NCBI GenBank assembly: GCA_965637545.1
Contig: OZ281496.1
Coordinates: 124,001 to 188,000, forward strand
Length of the DNA stretch: 64,000 bases
DNA from: Phallusia mammillata
Lineage: Eukaryota
Direction: 5' to 3'
The position numbers were made by a program, and so were the translations under genes. The notes under the pieces are model-generated. The model saw only the letters and a program-made list of their open reading frames with translations. It was not told the origin of the DNA and did no database searches. Positions 58,401 through 64,000 of the stretch are shown here, in pieces. Every line of letters starts with the position of its first letter. Within the stretch, counting starts at the first letter, position 1.

Positions 58401-61400
58401 CTGAGGTAGCCGCCGGTCCTGTGACGTTATCAACCAAATTAGTAATGACGTAAATATGACGTAACTAATTTCAACTTACGGGTTGTTTCACGTGTTTGAA
58501 CACTTGCGGCGCTGTGACGCCCAGAAACCCCAACTGACGTCACGGTTATGACGTAAGTAGTTCCGGGAATTAGGTTTTTGAGCACTGATGATGTCACATT
58601 GGAGGTTTGGTTGTAAATTGTGACGTTGTCGTTTGTCGCAAAATACCGGATGACGTAATCAGTTGCACCTGGTGACGAAACAAAACAATTATTAAAACCA
58701 TTTAAACAAAAACGAAACGAAATAACTCACCTCGTACATTTGTCCAAAACAAATTAAGGGATTTTGTGTTTATTTGTGAGATTTCTATCTTTCGAGGTGG
58801 CAGAGGAACTGAACAAAATATTAAATGTTTTAAGTTTCACCGAGAAAACTTACTGAACCTACTTCACCTGTTTGAACTTGAACGTGAACTTCAGGGTCAG
58901 AATTAACCACACCCAAATCTCCAACAGAAATCACACGGAACTTGTACCAGCTTCCTGGCCTCAAAGCAGTCGCAGTTGAGGTCGTTGAAGCTGTTTTCGG
59001 GGTTTTGAAAGTTTCGTTTGAAGATAAAGTTACTTGGAGTTCGTAAAGGTTGGCACCTGATGTAAAAGTTTAAAGAAACAAACATGACAGCTACTTAAAT
59101 TTTAAGTGATTGCAATTTTAACGGGTTGAATAAGTTTAATACTTTGCAAGATATAAAAGCGTAATACTATTCTTGGTAGCATTTCCTCAAGGGTAAAATT
59201 TATTACAAACTGGTTGCCACTTACCTACGACCGGTTGCCAGGCAACGGAGATACTTGTTGTTGTGACCTTGCCCAATGAAATGACCTTCACAGCCTCTGG
59301 TACTGAAAATAAATCAGGTTTACTCCACAATATCGCAACATTACAAGCAGAAAGACTCACAAGTTGCAATCGACAACTCTTCGCTTTTCCCGCTCTCAAC
59401 TTTCCCGCCAAAACCAACAGAACTGACGGAAATACCGTGTTCCCTTCCCGCTTCCAGGAAATTCAACCTGTGTGACGTAACGTTCACTGTTACGTAGGCA
59501 GTGACGTCAGTGAGCGCGTTGACGTAAGCGAGTTTGTAGCTGGAAGCCCCAAAAACTTCGTTCCACGACACCGACATGGAATCGGTGGTTACCATGACAA
59601 CGGAGACGTCAGAGGGAATTTCGGGAACTGCAAAATATTTTCATGGTTGGTCAGACTTTATTTGTGACATCACAATGATCTTTGTCACCTGTTTGTTGAT
59701 GAACAATCGGGCTTCCTCCTAGACTTTCGCGGTTTTTCGAATCCACAGCAAATACTTTGAAACCATAAACTGAACCGGGATTCAAATTATCGATGGAAAC
59801 ATCGTTTGTGGGTGAATGTTGTTTACTGGTTTCGTTCAAACTGGATATTTCTACCAAGTATTCAAGCGCTCCTACAAACAACAAGTGTTATAACGTGATG
59901 AATAACTTTGTTGTCATGTTATTCTGATTTTGTTTCAAAGGTTGTTTATTTTTATTTGTTCAAGAATTATCAAAGTAAGAGAATAGTTTCTAATACTAAA
60001 AAACTGTTTCTACAATTTATTTTCAAAATATGGAGAGAAAAGTAATTTCACCTTTGACCTCTGCCCATTGGAGTGTGACGGTTGTAGAAGTGACGTCAGT
60101 GACAGTTGGCGCGAGCGGATTTTGAGGAACTAAAAAAATAAAAAAATAAAATATTCGATTCACCATAATTTCGAGACTTACTTGTTGATTCGGAGAAAAC
60201 TTCGCTTCGTTCGCTGCGTTGACCGCCTTCACCAACCGTTGTGATAGTGACGTCATATAGCGTTCCAGAACTGAGGTTTGCGATCACAACTCGCGTGTCT
60301 GACGTCACTATGGTATCCGGCAGGAATATGTCATCATCTTGTGACGTTACAATCACTTCGTACGTAGAAGCTCCTGCGATTGGTGACGTAATTAAGTTTT
60401 AACTTGGGGTGGTGTGATTTCTATGTTACCTTTTACGTTTTCCCAATCCAAAGCAAAACTTGAATCGCTGGTTTCCGACACAGAAATATTTCGCACAGAT
60501 TCAACCACTGAAAAAGAAAGCAGAGAATTTAATATTTATTCGATAAATTGCGTTAACGAACTTGAATTCCCGATTTTTTAATAAGCAACCTGTTTGTGTC
60601 AGGGAATATGTTTAATACATAAGACTTCTCACTGCCAGCAACCAAAAACGGGTAGAGCTACTAACACAGGATCTCATAATAGAAAAGGGTCAGGCGCGCC
60701 GGAGCTCCAGCGTTTTTTACAAAAACTGCATTTGAAATATTTCCGTTGTGCCACCTACCGGAATTTAGCAAACCTGTTTGGTGTGAGTTCTTGTGTTAGC
60801 AGCTCTACCCTAAAAATGTGGGTGGAGCTACTAACACCATACCTCTCGCGACACCCAAAAGTCCCTAATTTTCGACAAGTGGCGCAAAGAGCAGTTTTTT
60901 ACATTTGAAACGTTATATCTCCTAAAATGCTGACGGTTAGGGCTATTGGGGTCGGGGTAAGGTATTAGCATTTAAAAATTCACTAAAACTAACCCCAAAA
61001 TTTAGTTTCTAATGTAAAAATTGTATAAACTTATTTCCCAACCCAACCCCTCTTCAGCCGCTAAATAAATAATCCAGCTCTTTACGCTCCCTTGTGAAAG
61101 TGAAACTCCCGTGAAGCATGGTGTTAATAGCTCTACCAAAAATCTCCTAAACTCTGAACTCACCAGTTTGAAACGTCACAACTCCGCTCGTCCCCGGACT
61201 CGTCCGGTTCCGCACCCCCACTGACGTCATAGTGACGTCATACCACGTTCCAGCTGTGAGTCCCGTGATCTCGCTTGAAGGGCGTTCGGCGGTCAAAGTC
61301 ATAATGTCACCTTCTTCACTTTCAACAAATACTTCGTAATAAACAGCTCCTGTGACGACAACGTCGGTTAGTGACGTCAGATAAACTTCGAGTTGCAAAA

Positions 61401-63822
61401 TTTTGGCAAACCTTTCTGTTTATTCCATTTGATGCTTGCAGCATTTAGTTCAACAGAAGTCACAGTAGCATTGCTTGGGACATCAGGCCCTAAGAACAAA
61501 TAATTGGATTTCAAAACTAGTTTAAGCGAATAGTTCCAACTTACCTTTTGCACTTGCCAGAAAACAAACGCAAAAATGACCCAAAAGTTTTATTCACACA
61601 AGTTTAGTAAAACCAGTAAAAGAAAATACAGAAGTTGGTAAAAATTCAATTCGAATTTTGTACTTACTTCATGAGAGCAACAGTAAAAATACGACTTCCG
61701 TATATTTAATCTTCATTCCGACCTTTTCTTCTTTGCAGGTGGAAGTAGTGTTACGTCACAATGCAGACTTTTGTTACGTCACCACGTTACGTCACCGGAG
61801 CAAACTTTTATTCTCAGCAAATCATGCAAACAATTGTTGTGTTGTGACGTCATAAGTGTCGTGAAACGATGTGAATTTTTTGGATGGAAAGGAAATGTGA
61901 AAACACAACTTATGAATAAGGACATTGGGCTAATTATTGAAGAAATCTACAGATTTCATGCAGGGGTTTCAGTCACGCCTCATGCAAGCATCAGTGATAA
62001 TTACATTTTGTCCCAATTGATTGAAGGTTATTTTGAGATTTTGGGGTCGCTATAGTGTTGTTGTTATACAGTTTTATGCGACAATAGTTGGTTCGTCCAG
62101 TTTCAAGCAACATTGTCAGGGGTGATATTTTCAGTGATATTAACTTACACAAAATATGAACTTATATTTCGTGTGAACTTTAGAAAATAATGAAACAATT
62201 GTGAAAATTAAACAGCAAATTTGTGTTAAAAGTTTGGTGCAAAACAGCAAAGTTTTGTCAGTTAGTGAACACCCCCCCTTCTTGCTCCCCCGTGCACACA
62301 GCAGCGCCACCAAGTGTTTCTAGCTTTGCAACAACTCACTGGTCGTCTCGCGAACCACGTGACTTTCCGCGCTTGACTGGTTTTCCTCTCCGACCGCCGT
62401 CACATAGAAATCGTATGCAGTGCCAGCACTCAACGATTCGATGGAAATAAATGTTTCACTCGTTGTGAGAATTACTTCGTTTTCGTCAGGATCGACGCTG
62501 CGGACCCGGATATTGTAGGACTGTGCCCCTGTGGATGGATATACCGGTTTGCAGACAGGAGTTTGGGTGGAAATGATGAATTTTTTTGCAAACTTAATTC
62601 AGGCCAACTAATGATGTAGCCAACTGTGGTAATAGTTCAGATATAAATCACATTTTGATGAACTATTGATTAAAACTTTTTTCAATTGCTATTGTAAGAA
62701 GTAATAAATTATGTTTAGTATAACAAACCTATGACAGATTTCCACCAGAGGCCGATCGACGAAACGTTGACTTCGGTAACAACAACATCAGTTGGCGTTG
62801 ATGGGACTAAACAAAATAATAGTTAAACAAACGCCAACACAAGCACATAGCCTCACAGCCACAAAAAAACACATAGCCAGAAAAACGCACAGACACGCGG
62901 CCACACAACCGCACAAACACAGAAACGCACAGACACACAGACACACGGCCACACAACCGCACAAACACAGAAACGCACAGAGACACAGCCACACAAACAC
63001 ACGATCGCACAAACATACAGCCGCACAAACACAGAATCGCACAAACGCACAGCTACACAAAGAAGTTAAACGCACAGCAACACAGCTACACGAACACACA
63101 CACAGCCCCGTCAAACGTACAAACGAATAAACATACACAACACACAAACCTTCCAACCTGTTTGTTTTCTCGCTGTATCGCTTCCATTCCGGTTTATGCG
63201 GTCTTTCACGCCAACTGAATAAATCACAAACTCGTGCCATGTGCCAGCTGGCAGGTTCTCAACTGTGACACCTGTGACTGCCCCGCTGCCACTTTCCACA
63301 CTCATGTTGACAATCCCCTCATTGTTTTCGATTGTCACCACATAGTTCTCGGCTCCTTTTTGCGCGTTCCATTCTAATTCGACTGTGTTGGTTGTTACGT
63401 CACTGACAGTTACAGAACTTGGTCTGGAAGGAACTAGAACACAAAAACAATAATCAAATGTTTCGTTTACAAAGTAGATTATGACGTCACTTACGAGTTG
63501 TTTCGCTTATTGCTTGTGACGTCACACCAGTAAGATTTACGAGGCCAACAGCGGTCACGGTAAACCTGTAGTTACTTCCAGACATAAGACTTGTCAAAGT
63601 CATAAACGTTTTTTCTGTTGTAGAACTTGTGACGTCATCATTTTCATTATAAACATTAATGACGTAATAAACGGCACCTGTAAGCATAGTTTGCATTAAA
63701 CATCGGGATATCAAACAAACACAATCATAGGTGAGATTACAAACCGTTGACGTCATCCCATGACAAAGTTAATGACGTAGTAGTGACATCACTACTCTGA
63801 AAGTTTCGAGGAGACGCTGGAG
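34469..63822 (-). CDS. Giant FN3-repeat protein, probably secreted extracellular matrix; 5'-partial, 83 exons, about 4,070 aa and 43 FN3 domains in window, no TM segment
   Basis: Exons 5' to 3': 63822-63745, 63677-63495, 63433-63158, 62806-62729, 62528-62340, 61489-61412, 61349-61164, 60507-60430, 60373-60182. Then an 11-exon unit three times; copy 3 is 60129-60052, 59871-59689, 59627-59361, 59302-59225, 59056-58868, 58808-58731, 58668-58480, 58418-58341, 58283-58092, 57761-57684, 57375-57190, and copies 2 and 1 span 56992-54065 and 53867-50941. Then 50830-50753, 50689-50504, 50332-50255, 50180-49995, 49529-49452, 49374-49183, 49118-49041, 48979-48797, 48740-48663, 48528-48337, 48281-48204, 47421-47239, 47178-46909, 46679-46602, 46535-46350, 46220-46143, 45990-45802, 45744-45667, 45611-45432, 45171-45094, 44656-44468, 44398-44321, 43638-43432, 42182-42023, 41955-41825, 41507-41360, 41300-41176, 40721-40562, 40179-40049, 39956-39930, 39286-39139, 39006-38885, 38822-38659, 38580-38472, 38032-37921, 37392-37253, 37146-36753, 36697-36376, 36305-36119, 34834-34642, 34580-34469 (TGA). 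All are GT-AG and frame-consistent (12212 nt). FN3 signature P..P..V..VT.TS..V.W..V.GA..Y.V...L.PGT.Y.F.V.SVG. Confidence 0.9.
34919..35275 (+). mobile_element. Degenerate L1/Tx1 non-LTR retrotransposon ORF2 fragment (linker between endonuclease and RT)
   Basis: Translations in shifting frames with stops give ELERNIEALDDKIS, WAERGEKTQNILEKRHVKK and INRLKSGDQVNTDQKSILSELSRFFEDLYK. These match the L1/Tx1 W...GEK.TKYF..LEK / DQ..IL....FY..LY motifs. Confidence 0.7.
35435..35980 (+). repeat. hAT remnant (3' end GGTTAAGAATCCCTG at 35658) followed by two diverged direct repeats of about 110 bp (35659-35768 and 35872-35980)
   Basis: CCTTATTG.CTCTAAAACGTAAAC...AAAATTAAACGG.TTTCACGA...TTGGAATTGCAG...AAGTTTCAGTTTGTTCA is present twice. 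Confidence 0.65.
37517..37810 (+). mobile_element. Diverged MITE, same family as 15909-16258
   Basis: Ends CAGGGTTGCCGT / ATGGCAACTTTG, with shared internal blocks (GTAGAAAATACTT, TAGCAGGGATTTGACTT, AAGGACGGTATGGCA). Confidence 0.72.
38231..38432. mobile_element. MITE of the GGTAGAGCTACTAACAC-TIR family
   Basis: Right end GTGAGTTTCTGTGTTAGTAGCTCTACC, degenerate left end GCTACTTGCACAGGAGCTCACACC. Confidence 0.65.
40380..40450 (-). ncRNA. tRNA-like cloverleaf (tRNA-derived SINE head or tRNA pseudogene)
   Basis: Minus strand CCTGTGAGACTTAGTTGGTAGAGCTCGAGTCCCGGAAAGACTCCTGTCGTGGGTCCGAATCCCACCGCAGG. It has an A-box, a B-box variant, anticodon stem GAGTC/GACTC with loop CCGGAAA, T stem GTGGG/CCCAC, acceptor CCTGTG/CGCAGG and a downstream TTTTT. 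Confidence 0.55.
41031..41116 (-). mobile_element. MITE end with (CCCGAA/GGCCCG)n subterminal repeats
   Basis: Minus strand CAGAGTTGCAAACGCGCCCGAAA followed by CCCGGCCCGAACCCGAA repeats; truncated. Confidence 0.55.
42257..42686. mobile_element. Fold-back (long inverted repeat) element
   Basis: AGAGACGGAGAC / GTCTCCATCTCT ends; GAAGTCATCCACTGTT pairs with AACGGTGGATGACTTC; TAATAGGCATCATCAGTATC...GGACAAGTTAAACT pairs with AGTTTAACTTGTTC...GATACTAATGATGCCTATTA. Confidence 0.7.
42723..43373. mobile_element. Non-autonomous hAT element (CAGGGTTGCCAGG family)
   Basis: Perfect 14-bp TIR CAGGGTTGCCAGGT / ACCTGGCAACCCTG, TSD GTTCTCAC / GTTCTCAG (7/8), and GGACA/TGTCC subterminal repeats. Confidence 0.88.
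44022..44256. mobile_element. hAT MITE
   Basis: TIRs CAGTGGTCGGCAACC / GGTTGCCGACCCCTG, TSD ACTTCAGT / ACTTAAGT (7/8), and ACCGGTCCGC subterminal motifs. Confidence 0.88.
44854..45065. mobile_element. hAT MITE with degenerate left end
   Basis: Right end GAGCCGCATGCGGCCCC...GTTTGAGAACCACTG, left end CAGTGGAAACT, TSD ATTTAAAA / TTTTAAAA. Confidence 0.72.
47479..48183. mobile_element. GGTAGAGCTACTAACAC-TIR MITE interrupted by an L1/Tx1 insertion
   Basis: Left end GGTAAAGGTATTAACACACGAACTCACAC and right end GTGTGAGTTCCTGTGTTAGTAGCTCTACC. Confidence 0.78.
47691..48077 (-). mobile_element. 5'-truncated L1/Tx1 retrotransposon copy (ORF2 C-terminus plus A-rich tail)
   Basis: ORF 47774-48079 (YWENVCAWI...LLFG...LVNCMLLCARYVIYQCK...KKWCRLL) matches L1/Tx1 ORF2 C-termini. 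An (AAAAT)n/polyA tail lies at about 47691-47735. Perfect 17-bp TSD AACTGTCCGCATTTTTT at 47674-47690 and 48078-48094. Confidence 0.85.
51576..51843. repeat. Intronic minisatellite, 19-21-bp unit ACTAACCAGTGGATTATTA, about 12 units (copy 1)
   Basis: Direct tandem repeats ending at the exon boundary 51843. Confidence 0.95.
54700..54967. repeat. Same minisatellite (copy 2)
   Basis: About 12 units; the order of variant units differs from copy 1. Confidence 0.95.
57825..58092. repeat. Same minisatellite (copy 3)
   Basis: About 12 units; nearly identical to copy 2. Confidence 0.95.
60650..60810. mobile_element. MITE of the GGTAGAGCTACTAACAC-TIR family
   Basis: GGGTAGAGCTACTAACACAGGATCTCA / TGAGTTCTTGTGTTAGCAGCTCTACCC. 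Confidence 0.82.
60821..61137. mobile_element. Second MITE with the same TIR but a different interior, 10 bp from the first
   Basis: GGTGGAGCTACTAACACCAT / ATGGTGTTAATAGCTCTACC. Confidence 0.8.
62830..63150. repeat. AC-rich low-complexity minisatellite
   Basis: CACACAACCGCACAAACACAGAAACGCACAGACAC units, in the intron between exons 63158 and 62806. Confidence 0.9.
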
Positions 63823-64000
63823 CTGTAATATAAATTAGAAAGTAAAATTATGTCGACAAGCCGTGGCTGCCAGGCATGATATCAAGTTTATAGAGCTCTT
63901 CTGGCAAATGTAATTTTATTCCAACGTTTCGACATCCTATGCAGGTCGCATTCATCAGGGTAAATAACACTGAATGTACGTAGTACAGTGCACGATAAAC

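Larger units (their letters stand above)
50927..60135. repeat. Intragenic tandem triplication, unit 3124-3125 bp (50927-54050, 54051-57175, 57176 to about 60135)
   Basis: Identical ORFs recur at 3124/3125-nt offsets (for example 51838/54962/58087 and 53402/56526/59651). Only scattered SNPs and indels separate the copies. Each unit has 11 exons, 1596 coding nt and 6 FN3 domains. Confidence 0.97.

Noticed and set aside
62788-63240. Cys/Val-rich and His/Thr/Lys-rich ORFs of up to 150 aa
   Set aside because: Translations of the AC-rich intronic minisatellite.

Overview
AT-rich, intron-rich animal DNA with one 200-N scaffold gap (11480-11679). An ascidian/tunicate origin is my inference from the many 52-70 nt introns, chordate-type genes and patchy CpG depletion. 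I assembled five spliced protein-coding genes by hand using GT-AG boundaries and frame continuity. (1) The 3' part of a KIRREL/NEPH Ig-superfamily adhesion gene (+, 2088-7750). (2) A complete PEA3-subfamily ETS factor, ETV1/4/5-like (+, 13271-22734, 792 aa). (3) A compact ANKRD11/12 orthologue (+, 24830-30596, 1217 aa). (4) A GT31 beta-1,3-glycosyltransferase (+, 32829-34261, 336 aa). (5) A giant 5'-incomplete gene on the minus strand (63822 to 34469), with 83 exons, about 4,070 aa and 43 fibronectin type III (FN3) domains in this window. Gene 5 has no transmembrane segment in the window. It has a SEA-like spacer with an RRKR/S furin site, an RGD at the same position as in fibronectin FNIII-10, and an Arg-rich tail. 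It also contains a near-identical 3.12-kb six-domain unit repeated three times with signs of concerted evolution, and a minisatellite built from a 5' splice site. Introns carry many non-autonomous hAT elements (two nested pairs with 8-bp TSDs), L1/Tx1 fragments, a Helentron-like element and a tRNA-like cloverleaf. The palindrome TGACGTCA is strongly over-represented. All counts are by eye.
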